A DNA stretch of 64,000 bases from Kiritimatiellia bacterium (lineage in GTDB: Bacteria; Verrucomicrobiota; Kiritimatiellia; JAAZAB01), in the NCBI GenBank assembly GCA_040767085.1, contig JAXGPF010000014.1, positions 83,434-147,433 of the forward strand. Reading direction: 5' to 3'. Of this stretch, positions 10,819-20,790 are shown in pieces; within the stretch, counting starts at the first letter, position 1, and each line of letters opens with the position of its first letter. The notes under the pieces are model-generated. The model saw only the letters and a program-made list of their open reading frames with translations. It did not search any database and was not told where the DNA came from. The position numbers were made by a program, and so were the translations under genes.

Positions 10819-11688
10819 ATGAACCCAGTAATTAACAGTCCGCGGGCGAATAATGTCGACAATATTGTGCGCCTTATTGTCGATAGTGCGAGATTTGACG
10901 TTGTCAATCACACGATTTATGTTGGCACGTTTTTCGGCAAGGGGCATAGACATCCGGAACATTATCAGATGAGTTATGTTATCAGCGGGCGATGTGATGT
11001 GGTAATTGACGGCCAACGTTGTCGTGTTTGCCCGGGACGTGTTATATGGATTCCTCCGAATACTTTGCATTATTCCTGCCGACCTGATGAGCGTGAGCGC
11101 TTTGAGCTTGCGCAGACCAAGTTTTATTTATCGCGTAAGCCGAGATTTCAATTCCCGGTCATGATGATGGTTCAGGCGCCACAGCAGTGGTTGACGCTCT
11201 TTCAGCAAATGTTAAACGAGTATTATAGCCAGCGGTATTGCCGTGAAACCGCTCTACGTCTATTGCTGGCCCAATTGGTGTTGTTGATGGCGGAGGAAAT
11301 GGCGAGCGGATACCGGCGCGGAATAATAAGCAGAACTTACGATAGGGCAAAAACGCTACGGCGGACGAAAATCAATCAAGCCATCAGTTATTTGCACAAT
11401 CATTATGGCGAATCATTAGGTTTAAAAGATATTGCCGCGCATGTCGGCATGTCGGTCAGCGCTTTAAGCCACGAATTCCGATTGGTAACCGGGCTTGCTC
11501 CGATTAATTATCTGATCAATTACCGTCTATCGCAGGCGGCTGTGCTGCTGGGCGACCCCCGTTTAAAAATCAGCGCGGTGGCTGATGCGGTTGGCTTTAA
11601 TTGTCCATATTATTTTTGCCGGCAGTTCAAAAAACGTTATCGTGCCTCGCCGCGCGCTTATTATCGTAAAATATCTCATGCAAGATAG
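10819..11688 (+). CDS. AraC-family transcriptional regulator with cupin sensor domain
   Basis: N-terminal HRHPEHYQMSYVISG..IWIPPNTLH cupin; C-terminal double HTH (LKDIAAHVGMS..; ISAVADAVGFNCPYYFCRQFKK). Confidence 0.95.
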   Translation: MNPVINSPRANNVDNIVRLIVDSARFDVVNHTIYVGTFFGKGHRHPEHYQMSYVISGRCDVVIDGQRCRVCPGRVIWIPPNTLHYSCRPDERERFELAQTKFYLSRKPRFQFPVMMMVQAPQQWLTLFQQMLNEYYSQRYCRETALRLLLAQLVLLMAEEMASGYRRGIISRTYDRAKTLRRTKINQAISYLHNHYGESLGLKDIAAHVGMSVSALSHEFRLVTGLAPINYLINYRLSQAAVLLGDPRLKISAVADAVGFNCPYYFCRQFKKRYRASPRAYYRKISHAR

Positions 11689-11761
11689 TATAATAAATAT
11701 GCGCGATCGTTCATTGAGCTTTTCCCGTGGCCTGATATAGATTTATGCCATAGGAGGAACC

Positions 11762-12781
11762 ATGGACAAAATAAATGTCGGGATGATCGGATGCGGAATG
11801 TTTGCACGTGTAATGCACGCGCCCAACCTGAAAAAGAATATCAAGTATAAAATTCACGCTGTTATGGATATTAATCCCCAAGCGGCGGAAAAAATGGCGC
11901 AGGATACCGGCGCCGCTTATGCCACGAATGACGTTAATAAAATATTTGCCGATAAGGACATTCACGCGGTCTTGATCACTACGCGCCACGATTCGCATGC
12001 GGCCCTGACAGTTCAGGCTGCCGCTGCCGGCAAACATGTTCTCTGTGAAAAACCCATGGGCTTAAACCGGGATGAGTGCCGAGCCGTTGCGGAGGCAATC
12101 GCTGAATATGGGGTCAAATATACAGTTGGTTATAACCGCAACTTGGCGCCGATGGTGCAAGAGGCTAAAATACTGTTGCGCCGGATTTCCGGCAAAAAAA
12201 TGATTTATCATCGATTGCAGGCGGCCTTTCCAGCAAATAGCTGGACACATGATCCCAAAGTAGGCGGCGGCCGTTTTGTCGGAGAGGGGTGCCATATATT
12301 CGATTTGTTATGCGAACTGATCGAAGCGCCTCCAGTATCTGTTTATGCAGCCGGCGGAATATTTTTGGATCCGGGGAAGGTCAACATACCGGACAGCGGG
12401 ATTATTACTATTGCCTTCGCGGATGGATCCGTTGGAACAACATTGATCGCAAGCGCCGGTTGCAAAACATTTCCCAAGGAGGCTACGGAAATATATTGCG
12501 ATGGTCGAGCCATTATTATCAATGATTTCAAGGAACTATCCTGGCATGGGTTTGAAGGCGCGATCAGCCGCAGCATGTCTGTTCCTGTCTCTGATAAAGG
12601 CCAGCAAATCGAAATAGATCTTTTTGCCGATGCCATTATAAACGATACTGCCAGTCCGAATGGGGTGGCGCAAGCCGCGCGCGCAGCGCTGATCAGTTTT
12701 ATGGTCAACGAGTCCATCGCGTCCGGACAGCCAATCCGGATCAGTGAAAAAGATTACATGTTGAAAAAGGGAATGTCATGA
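11762..12781 (+). CDS. Gfo/Idh/MocA-family oxidoreductase
   Basis: VGMIGCG Rossmann motif, GKHVLCEKP, VGYNR, GGGRFVGEGCHIFD; RBS AGGAGG. Confidence 0.95.
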   Translation: MDKINVGMIGCGMFARVMHAPNLKKNIKYKIHAVMDINPQAAEKMAQDTGAAYATNDVNKIFADKDIHAVLITTRHDSHAALTVQAAAAGKHVLCEKPMGLNRDECRAVAEAIAEYGVKYTVGYNRNLAPMVQEAKILLRRISGKKMIYHRLQAAFPANSWTHDPKVGGGRFVGEGCHIFDLLCELIEAPPVSVYAAGGIFLDPGKVNIPDSGIITIAFADGSVGTTLIASAGCKTFPKEATEIYCDGRAIIINDFKELSWHGFEGAISRSMSVPVSDKGQQIEIDLFADAIINDTASPNGVAQAARAALISFMVNESIASGQPIRISEKDYMLKKGMS

Positions 12782-13710
12782 TAAAGGCCGGTTGTATTAA
12801 TATCGACACATCACATCCGGGTAGCTTTGGCGCATATATGCTTCAAGGCCAGCGTATCCGCTATACGGCAGTTTATAATGATGGTTTTCGGACCGATGAA
12901 ATGGTCAATCAATTCATGGGCAAGTATAAGATTGCCGAAAGATGCGCATCTTTGGAAGAACTGGCTGACAAGGTAGATGTGGGATTTATCCATAGCTGCA
13001 ATTGGAATAAAAATATTCAGCTTGCCCTGCCGTTTATCCGAAAAAACAAACCTGTTTTCATTGATAAGCCGATTGCAGGTTCACTTGCCGAATGCCTTGA
13101 ACTGGAAGCGCTTGCCGCAAAAGGGGCAAAAATATATGGCAGCTCCTCGTTGCGTTATTGCCGTGAAGTAAGCGAGTTTATGGCCAAACCGGAAGAAGAG
13201 CGCGGCCGGATTATGACGGTCTTCGGCACGGTCGGTTCGGATGAATTTAATTATGCCGTGCATATTGTAGAGTTATTTGGGGCATTGCTTGGGACTGGCG
13301 CGCAATCCTGCCGTTTTCTGGGCCGGGCGCAGACGCCGGGGTTCGATTGCGAGCATTATTATGTTCAATACGCCAACGGGGCCACAGCAATCTATAATAT
13401 AGCGCCAGGATGCAGCCATCCGTTTGAGGTTGTGATTATGACCAGCAAAACAACCTTCCAATTCAGAGTAAATGTAAAACAGCTTTATAGCACATTGGTT
13501 GACCGGATTTGCGATGCGATTGAAAACAATGAAGAATGTATGGCCCGGGTTCCTGCTTTGACGGAATCAGTTAAAATCATGCTGGCGGGGCGCATATCGC
13601 GCGAGCGCGCCGGTATCCAAATCATGCTTTCTGAAATCCCTGGTAGTGATCCTGGGTATGATGGTTATGCCTTCGAAAAAGCCTATAGCAAGCGCTGCAT
13701 GAAGAAATGA
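12778..13710 (+). CDS. Gfo/Idh/MocA-like oxidoreductase (DTSH / FIDKP subtype)
   Basis: INIDTSHP, KPVFIDKPIAG, GSSSLRY and YAVH motifs; ATGA overlap with the upstream gene. Confidence 0.85.
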   Translation: MIKAGCINIDTSHPGSFGAYMLQGQRIRYTAVYNDGFRTDEMVNQFMGKYKIAERCASLEELADKVDVGFIHSCNWNKNIQLALPFIRKNKPVFIDKPIAGSLAECLELEALAAKGAKIYGSSSLRYCREVSEFMAKPEEERGRIMTVFGTVGSDEFNYAVHIVELFGALLGTGAQSCRFLGRAQTPGFDCEHYYVQYANGATAIYNIAPGCSHPFEVVIMTSKTTFQFRVNVKQLYSTLVDRICDAIENNEECMARVPALTESVKIMLAGRISRERAGIQIMLSEIPGSDPGYDGYAFEKAYSKRCMKK

Positions 13711-13746
13711 ATTCCTTAAATGGACGTGAAACATAAACGGTGAACA

Positions 13747-15369
13747 ATGGTTTTAACAAACAAGATTATCAGCCCACAACCGGATAATCAATCAAGCAGG
13801 TCAAATGACTTCACGCCTGAAATAAAGACGATTCTTTCAGGATTATCGCTTGAACAAAAGATCGGCCACCTGGTCATGGGCCGCGGCCTGTGCCGGTTCC
13901 CCGATGAAGTCATGGCCATGATCAAGTCCGGGCGCATGGGCGGCATCCAGGCCGGCATCGGCCCGGATGAGCCGCGCAAACTGGCCGAAATCCAGCATTC
14001 CCTGGCATTACCCCTGTTGGTGGGCGCGGATATGGAGTGGGGCTTTGCCGGCGCATTCCTGCCGGGCACGGCCATGCCCAACGCGCTGGCCATGGGCGCG
14101 CTGGATGACGAGCAGGCGGCCTATGACTGGGCGGCCCTGGCGGCGCGCGAAGCGCGCGCGTACGGCGTCAACATGGTTTACGGTCCAGTGGTGGATTTTG
14201 CCACCAATCCCGAAAACCCCATGGGAAATATCCGGCTGCTCGGCAGTGACCCGGACCTGGTGATCCGGCTGGGCGCCGCCATGATCCGCGGCTATCAGGA
14301 TAACGGCATGCTGGTTTCGGCCAAGCATTATCCCAACGCCGCCGGAAGGCCGGAAGTTGACAATCACATCCAGCAGGGAATCCTGAATTGCGACCGCCAT
14401 ACTTTCGAAAACGAAGAGTTGCGCGTGCATCGCGAACTGGTCCAGCGCGCCAACCTGTCCGGCGTGATGTCGGGCCACGTGCTTGTCCCGGCGCTCGACC
14501 CTCAGCATATGGCCACCACCTCCGCAATCCTGGTGCAGGCATTGCGCGCCCAGGGATTTGACGGCGTGCTGATGACCGATTCGCTCGCCATGAAAGGCAT
14601 CCGGTCGTTCATCCGGAAGGAAGCGTTGCTGCCGGCGGTGCTTGCTTCCGGCCATGACCTGATCCTGATTGACTACGCCCAGCCGCCGGAACAGCAGTTC
14701 CAGGAATTGCTGGAGACGGTGACGTCCGGCCGCGTGCCCGAGTGCATGATAGACGCGTCGGTTCGGCGCATCCTGCGCGCCAAGCTCCAGATTGCCCGCC
14801 ACACGCCGCCCGCGCCGGAGCGCCTCGCGCATCAGGCCGCCTCGCTGGCAATGAGCCGGCGCGCGGTTACCTTGCAAGGCGATTTTTCCGCTCCCCTGCC
14901 ATGCCGCGCAGCGCCGGGGCAGACGTTGTTCATCATCGCCCGGGAGGGCAACGTGCCGGAAGTTCTGACTGAGCTGGCCAACCAGGCCAGGTTTCACCTG
15001 GAAGAACACCTGCAAAAGCATTTCCCGCAATGCCCGCGGTTGAACATCAGCGACAACCCCACTCCCGTGGATATGGAACACACGCTGGACCAGGCGCTCA
15101 ATTACCGGCATATCGTATTTATCGCCTATGCCATGTTCCATTCTTACAAAGGGACGGCGGACCTGAGCCGGCCTTTGCTGGCGATGATCGGCGGGCTGGC
15201 GCACAAGCTGGACTGCCTGGTGCTCTTCGGCAATCCATTCGCGGCGCGGCATTTGCCGCCATTGCCCCGGATGATGTTCCCTTACTGGGGCGGCTGCGCC
15301 GAACAGGCGGCGGTGGAAACCCTGGCCGGGCTGAACGAAGCGACAGGGAAACTGCCGGTTACATGGTGA
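13747..15369 (+). CDS. Glycoside hydrolase family 3, beta-N-acetylhexosaminidase-like
   Basis: LSLEQKIG, ADMEWG, GVNMVYGPVVD, KHYPNAAGRPEVDNH (variant of KHFPGHG..DSH), GFDGVLMTDSLAM nucleophile region, and C-terminal GKLPV. Confidence 0.9.
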   Translation: MVLTNKIISPQPDNQSSRSNDFTPEIKTILSGLSLEQKIGHLVMGRGLCRFPDEVMAMIKSGRMGGIQAGIGPDEPRKLAEIQHSLALPLLVGADMEWGFAGAFLPGTAMPNALAMGALDDEQAAYDWAALAAREARAYGVNMVYGPVVDFATNPENPMGNIRLLGSDPDLVIRLGAAMIRGYQDNGMLVSAKHYPNAAGRPEVDNHIQQGILNCDRHTFENEELRVHRELVQRANLSGVMSGHVLVPALDPQHMATTSAILVQALRAQGFDGVLMTDSLAMKGIRSFIRKEALLPAVLASGHDLILIDYAQPPEQQFQELLETVTSGRVPECMIDASVRRILRAKLQIARHTPPAPERLAHQAASLAMSRRAVTLQGDFSAPLPCRAAPGQTLFIIAREGNVPEVLTELANQARFHLEEHLQKHFPQCPRLNISDNPTPVDMEHTLDQALNYRHIVFIAYAMFHSYKGTADLSRPLLAMIGGLAHKLDCLVLFGNPFAARHLPPLPRMMFPYWGGCAEQAAVETLAGLNEATGKLPVTW

Positions 15370-15420
15370 CGGATAAGGGATGCAGGCACATGCGCGATGA
15401 TGTTTGCATCGTAGAATAAT

Positions 15421-16779
15421 ATGTCAACAAGCAAAACACATGATGCGGAAATCAAGGTCGGTTGTTCGGAATCCGTCATAGATGCGCCGTTATTTACCGA
15501 ACTTTATGGCTATGGCCCTTTTATTGCGCGCCGGAATCGCGGGGTGCACGATCCGCTTTATTGCCGCTGTGCCAGTTTCAGCGATGGGCGCACGCGCATA
15601 TTGATCATCAGCAATGACTTGGTGACCATGGATCCGGAGCGCGCGTGGGAGGTGCGCGGGAAAATCGCATCTTCCGGTCAAATCCCCGCCGAAAATATCA
15701 TGCTTTGCGGCAGCCATACACATGCCGGGCCGACCATATCGCAGGGGATCGGGTGGGGGGAAGTTGACCCGGTATTTGTCAGCAACTGGCAGGATACCGC
15801 CTGTCGGACGGCGCTGGCGGCGATTGCGGATGAGACGCCCGCGGCGCTGGCATGCGGCGCGGCGGCATTGACCGGCAAATTGGGATATAACCGGGTCTGG
15901 CCGGACGGCCCCACTGATCCGGAAATACGCTGGGCGGCCTTCCGCGCGGCCGATGGGGTGGTCAAGTTGCTGCTGCACAACCATGCCATGCATGGGGTGG
16001 TGTTCGGCCGGAGCATGAAGCAAGTATCGGCGGATTGGCCCGGCGCGGTCAATGGCGCTTTGATTGAGCGTCAATATGCGCAACATGTTGTGTTTTTGCA
16101 GGGTGCCGCCGGGGATATTAACTCTGGTCCGCCCTGTTGTCTGTCGCTGGCGGATGGGGAAAAGGAACTTGCCAGAATTGCCGATATTTACCTGGAAAGC
16201 TTAAAGGCGGGCATGTCCGTCGGGGCGGGGGTTGCAGCGGTTCCCGTGCGGGCGCTGCTGAAAAAGGTGAAATTGCCGTCCGACCCGGCCAGTCCTTCCG
16301 AGTTGCGTGAAACGGCCGCCAAGCTCAGGACGCGGGAACTGCCGGATGCCGATAACCGCGTGGATTATCAAGCCAACCGTCTGGAAGAAATGGCGCTGAT
16401 GGCGGAACGCGGCGCGGATTTGAGCGTTACCACGGATTTACAAGTCTTGCGTATCGGCGAGTTGCTGATTCATGCCGTCGGCGGCGAGCCTTTCAATGAG
16501 TTGGGCCGTGAAATACTTGAACATAGCCCGGGCCGGCAGGCAATGCTGGCCAGCATTGCCAATGACAATTTGCGCTATATCCCGCCGCCCCGTGTCTTTC
16601 GCGCGCATCCGGATGTGTTCTCGCGTCAACGCGACCTTGGATATTATGAAGTCCATTTCGCCGGCCTGGGACGTTGCCGTGCAAAATACCGTCCAGAGAT
16701 CGGGCCGTTCTTGGTTGAACATTATTTTAAAATGGGCGCCGATATTTATGAGGGCGAGGAGGATAAAATTCTTCCATGA
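15421..16779 (+). CDS. Neutral/alkaline ceramidase-like amidohydrolase
   Basis: RGVHDPLY, CGSHTHAGP, GYNRV, NHAMHG, VSADWPG, FLQGAAGDI, GGEPF. Confidence 0.85.
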   Translation: MSTSKTHDAEIKVGCSESVIDAPLFTELYGYGPFIARRNRGVHDPLYCRCASFSDGRTRILIISNDLVTMDPERAWEVRGKIASSGQIPAENIMLCGSHTHAGPTISQGIGWGEVDPVFVSNWQDTACRTALAAIADETPAALACGAAALTGKLGYNRVWPDGPTDPEIRWAAFRAADGVVKLLLHNHAMHGVVFGRSMKQVSADWPGAVNGALIERQYAQHVVFLQGAAGDINSGPPCCLSLADGEKELARIADIYLESLKAGMSVGAGVAAVPVRALLKKVKLPSDPASPSELRETAAKLRTRELPDADNRVDYQANRLEEMALMAERGADLSVTTDLQVLRIGELLIHAVGGEPFNELGREILEHSPGRQAMLASIANDNLRYIPPPRVFRAHPDVFSRQRDLGYYEVHFAGLGRCRAKYRPEIGPFLVEHYFKMGADIYEGEEDKILP

Positions 16780-17567
16780 AGATCATGACATGCAATATTC
16801 GCACTTCTCTGGCCAGGCGCGATGGCGAGAATGCATGGTTGTGCCGCAAATCCCGGTTGGCGGCTGTGCTCCGGGAACAGAATGCCGACATTGTTTGTTT
16901 CCAGGAAATGACGGCGGATCAGTTCGGATACCTTTCGTCATCTTTCCCCGAATACAATGCTTTTGCCATGACCGATGAGCCCTGCGGCACACGCCCGCAA
17001 AATTGCATATTTTACCGCCAGGCGGCTTATGTGCAAGTCGCGGCGGGCGGCTACTGGTTGTCTGAAACTCCGCATTTGGCGGGGACGAAATCCTGGAACA
17101 GCGCGTGTATCCGCTTTGCGAACTGGGTGCGTCTGTTTGACCGGCGGGCGGGAACGGAATTCAGAGTGGTCAATACGCACTTGGATTGCGACAGCCAGTT
17201 GGCGCGCGAGAAACAGGCGGAAATCATTGTCGCCGATGCCGGCGCTTATCCGCGGGCGTATCCGCAATTGTTAACGGGTGACATGAACTGCGATTTCCGC
17301 AACGCCGCCATTGGCAATCTGAAGCGGGGCGGTTGGGTGGATACTTATGCGGCCGTGCATCAGGCGGAATATGCCGGCCATACCAGACACGATTATCTGG
17401 GCGCGACCTGCCGGTCCGAGGTCGGCAAAATAGATTGGATTTTCATGCGCGGCAAAATATCGGCAACGAGCGCCGCCGTGATTACAACGGCAGTGGACGG
17501 GAAATATCCCAGCGACCATTATTTTGTCAGCGCCACTTGTGCCGTTGAACGGGCTGGTAATCCGTGA
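16776..17567 (+). CDS. Endonuclease/exonuclease/phosphatase (EEP) family protein
   Basis: MTCNIR, DIVCFQE, VVNTHLD, TGDMN, KIDWIF and YPSDH motifs. Confidence 0.95.
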   Translation: MKIMTCNIRTSLARRDGENAWLCRKSRLAAVLREQNADIVCFQEMTADQFGYLSSSFPEYNAFAMTDEPCGTRPQNCIFYRQAAYVQVAAGGYWLSETPHLAGTKSWNSACIRFANWVRLFDRRAGTEFRVVNTHLDCDSQLAREKQAEIIVADAGAYPRAYPQLLTGDMNCDFRNAAIGNLKRGGWVDTYAAVHQAEYAGHTRHDYLGATCRSEVGKIDWIFMRGKISATSAAVITTAVDGKYPSDHYFVSATCAVERAGNP

Positions 17568-17607
17568 CGGCGCGCATGATCGGCGGATTGGCGTTTAAGG
17601 AGATAGA

Positions 17608-20600
17608 ATGATAATGATCAAGCATTTACCTGTCTGCATCAGTATAGCAGCCATGGTGATGATCGCCGAGGCGTCCAGCCTCCCTGAGCTAAGCCTGCCG
17701 TTTGTTGACCAGCCGCCGCTAATAGACGGCGTTCCGGACGAGCCGGTCTGGGATACCGCGGCTAAAGCAGACGGCTTTGTCAATTTAAAAACCAGGGAAA
17801 ATATCGGTAATGCGCGGATGCTCATGTATCGTGATCGGCATTGGTTATATCTGGCCGGATATTTTTCCAATGCGGCTATGTCGCATGTCGATTTCATGGT
17901 AACGGATCGCGACATGGATGCGCAACGCGATGAATCGGTGGAATATTATCTTGATCCTGGGACGGAAGGCAAATTTTATTACCACTTTGTGTTGAGCGCT
18001 GATAATGTGCAGGGCGAACAACGCGGACGCGACAAAGCGTGGTTTATTCCCTGGCGCTCGGCAACGCGCCGCTATGCGGATCATTGGACGTCAGAAATGG
18101 CGATTCCGCTTACGATATGTGCCGGATATGGCGCATTGGATAAAATCCGGATAAATATTCTCTACAATCAAATCAAGATTGCGATGGATGATTACGGCGC
18201 GTTGCTTGGCAGGGAACGCATGACGTATACATGGAGTTCAGCTATCAGCTCGCCGCATGAACCGGACAATTTCGGCAGATTGCTGGGATTGGGCGATAAA
18301 CCGATAGAAACGCCTTTCTTGGCCGCTTTGGACCAGGTGCGTGTTGAGCCGTTTAACATTAGGGAAAAAAGACGCAATTATGCAGTCTCCGGAATGGTGC
18401 GCAATTATTCATGTGTAAGCGGAGCGGTAAAGCTTGTTGTTGAGGAATGTTCAGCTTTGACTGATAATGTGTCGGAAATAACCAAGGATATCAACTTAGA
18501 TGGCCATGGACAGGTACCATTCCGGATGGAGGTCAAGGTTGAAGATTATACCCGTCGTACGGCGCGCGTGCGTCTCGAGGATTCAGCAACCGGAGAAATA
18601 TTAGCTTGGACAGATAAATTGGACATGACGGCGTTGACACTGGTAACGCATATAGGGGTCAGTCGTAATTATTACACGGACGAGCCGGAAGCAGTGGTCG
18701 AATGCCAGTTGGGGCTGCCGGCGGATGAATTAGCAAATATGCGGCTGAAAGTCTTTGACGAGAAGGAGAGGTGCATCGCGGCGTGCGCAGCTCCGGCGCA
18801 AAGATCATTTGTGTCTTTTGCAATCGCCAACGTGACGAATGGTGCGCACAATTATATGTTAGCGCTTGAGGATCAGGAAGGCACATATTTGTTTAAGGAA
18901 CCTTTTGAATATTGGAAGCGCGCTCCGCGTCCCGGCCATGAAGTTAAAATTGATCAATTTAACCAAACCTTGGTTAAAGATGGCCAAGCGATATTTCCGG
19001 TGGGGATTTATATGCATGGCGTTACGCATTGGCATGAAGAAATATTTCAAATGGTTGCGGACAAAGGGTTTAATTTGATGGTGCGGGCCGTCAAGGGGCA
19101 TGCAATGCCGGAAAGCAGAGCGGATAAATACATGGAGCTTGCGCTAAAACACAATTTGATGGTGTCCGAATGGTATGGGGTTGAGCCAAAAAATAATTCA
19201 TCGGCAAGCATGGCGGAGCAGGAAGAGATATGCCGCGCCGATTATGAGCGCATACTGCCTGGAGTGGAACGCGAGCTGAAAATAATGTCTCGATATCCAA
19301 ATTTTCTCTTCCACAAGAATGTGGATGAACCTAATCTGTTAAACTGGAATATCCGGATGATTGTTGCGGAATATTTTTATAGGACCGCGAGCGAACTCGA
19401 TTATTATCATCCGGTATATACTTTATTTGCGCGGCAGATACCGGATGTATCAAGCGCGTTCAAGGTTGGGGATATTTATACCTATGATATATATACATAT
19501 CCAGGTTGGGGGGGGTGGGCAAACGATCCGGTCAAACAAATGGCCAAATACACATCAGAACTGCGCGCGGCGACAAGGGCGCGACACAAAGCCATGATAG
19601 TAGCGCCGCTGGTTACGGCCGTGGATCCGGTCCGTACGCCCTTGCCGCTTTCTGTGAGCGACCAAAGGGCCCAGACCTACGCCGCGTTGATATATGGCGC
19701 AAAGGGATTGATATATTTTTGCTGGTCGAACATTTATGCCGGAGAAATGTGGGAAACTCTTGCTGCGTTAGCCAAGGAAATAAGCATTCTTGCTCCATCA
19801 TTATTGGCGCCTGAGCCGAGACAGGAAATTGTTTATTGTCCTGGACATTATGACGCCGCTCAATTGCGTTTCCCAATGCTGCATACGCGTCTGTTTTCTC
19901 ATCCAGACGGCGGATATGTATTGCTGGCAGTAAGCTGTTCGGAAAATCCGGTCCACGTCCAATACGTGATTGATGATTTGCCCGATTCAGCGACGGTGAG
20001 TAGAATATTCGGCGATCAGAAGAAATATGACGTTAAGACCAACAGGTATGATGACGAAATCGATAGTTACGGCACACGCGCTTACCGGATCGACACCGGC
20101 AATTTGCGCGGGACAGTTAAGCTAACCGTAAACATGCAAGCGGATGAAAGCCGGCGGCGCCCGCGAATTATGTTGCGTCCCGAAGTTGCTGAAATCGAAA
20201 AGCAAAAAAATCATATGCCTAATCCGGTATTTAAAAAACGCCGTATGTATGCGCAATTTCCGGATTTCATGCGTCCGGTGTCCGCAATGTTGCCGAATCT
20301 TGGCACGCCCGAATCGGGATGGTTTTTGGACGCCTCCAATGCCTGGCGCGGCTATCCGTCGCTATGCATGCGCTGGACCGAGCCATTTGCGAATATCCGG
20401 CATGTGGCCGTGCCGGGCAATTGTTGGGATCTCCCCACGGAGGAATATGGCGTATTAAATTCAGTTTCTCTGGCTTTCAGCGGTGTTACGTTGGTGGCAT
20501 ATCCGAAAATTATGCCGGCGCCTTCCGAATATGTCCTGTCGTTTTATGCCAAAGGGGGCAATAATGGCGATAAAATCAGCGTTTATTTGAGCGCCTTTGC

Positions 20601-20787
20601 TTCAAGCAAGAATATTACGCTTACCGATCAATGGGCGCGTTATGAGTTAGCAGGGCTGCTTAAGCCGCCGTCGAATTGGTGGCCTGGCACAACGGTTTTA
20701 ATAAGGCTTTTTCCCGGGGCAACAGTATGGATTAATGGTTTACAAATGGAACAGGGCAAGAAAGCGACAGAGTTTACGGAGAGATAA
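17608..20787 (+). CDS. Secreted multidomain carbohydrate-active protein (N-terminal CBM9-like domain, GH-like barrel, C-terminal CBM-like domain)
   Basis: RBS AGGAG; signal-like N-terminus; PLIDGVPDEPVW, ESVEYYLDP, WTSEMAIP; FPVGIY..NVDEP..DIY..ALIYGAKGLIYF barrel; ends VWINGLQMEQGKKATEF. Confidence 0.8.
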   Translation: MIMIKHLPVCISIAAMVMIAEASSLPELSLPFVDQPPLIDGVPDEPVWDTAAKADGFVNLKTRENIGNARMLMYRDRHWLYLAGYFSNAAMSHVDFMVTDRDMDAQRDESVEYYLDPGTEGKFYYHFVLSADNVQGEQRGRDKAWFIPWRSATRRYADHWTSEMAIPLTICAGYGALDKIRINILYNQIKIAMDDYGALLGRERMTYTWSSAISSPHEPDNFGRLLGLGDKPIETPFLAALDQVRVEPFNIREKRRNYAVSGMVRNYSCVSGAVKLVVEECSALTDNVSEITKDINLDGHGQVPFRMEVKVEDYTRRTARVRLEDSATGEILAWTDKLDMTALTLVTHIGVSRNYYTDEPEAVVECQLGLPADELANMRLKVFDEKERCIAACAAPAQRSFVSFAIANVTNGAHNYMLALEDQEGTYLFKEPFEYWKRAPRPGHEVKIDQFNQTLVKDGQAIFPVGIYMHGVTHWHEEIFQMVADKGFNLMVRAVKGHAMPESRADKYMELALKHNLMVSEWYGVEPKNNSSASMAEQEEICRADYERILPGVERELKIMSRYPNFLFHKNVDEPNLLNWNIRMIVAEYFYRTASELDYYHPVYTLFARQIPDVSSAFKVGDIYTYDIYTYPGWGGWANDPVKQMAKYTSELRAATRARHKAMIVAPLVTAVDPVRTPLPLSVSDQRAQTYAALIYGAKGLIYFCWSNIYAGEMWETLAALAKEISILAPSLLAPEPRQEIVYCPGHYDAAQLRFPMLHTRLFSHPDGGYVLLAVSCSENPVHVQYVIDDLPDSATVSRIFGDQKKYDVKTNRYDDEIDSYGTRAYRIDTGNLRGTVKLTVNMQADESRRRPRIMLRPEVAEIEKQKNHMPNPVFKKRRMYAQFPDFMRPVSAMLPNLGTPESGWFLDASNAWRGYPSLCMRWTEPFANIRHVAVPGNCWDLPTEEYGVLNSVSLAFSGVTLVAYPKIMPAPSEYVLSFYAKGGNNGDKISVYLSAFASSKNITLTDQWARYELAGLLKPPSNWWPGTTVLIRLFPGATVWINGLQMEQGKKATEFTER

Positions 20788-20790
20788 TGA

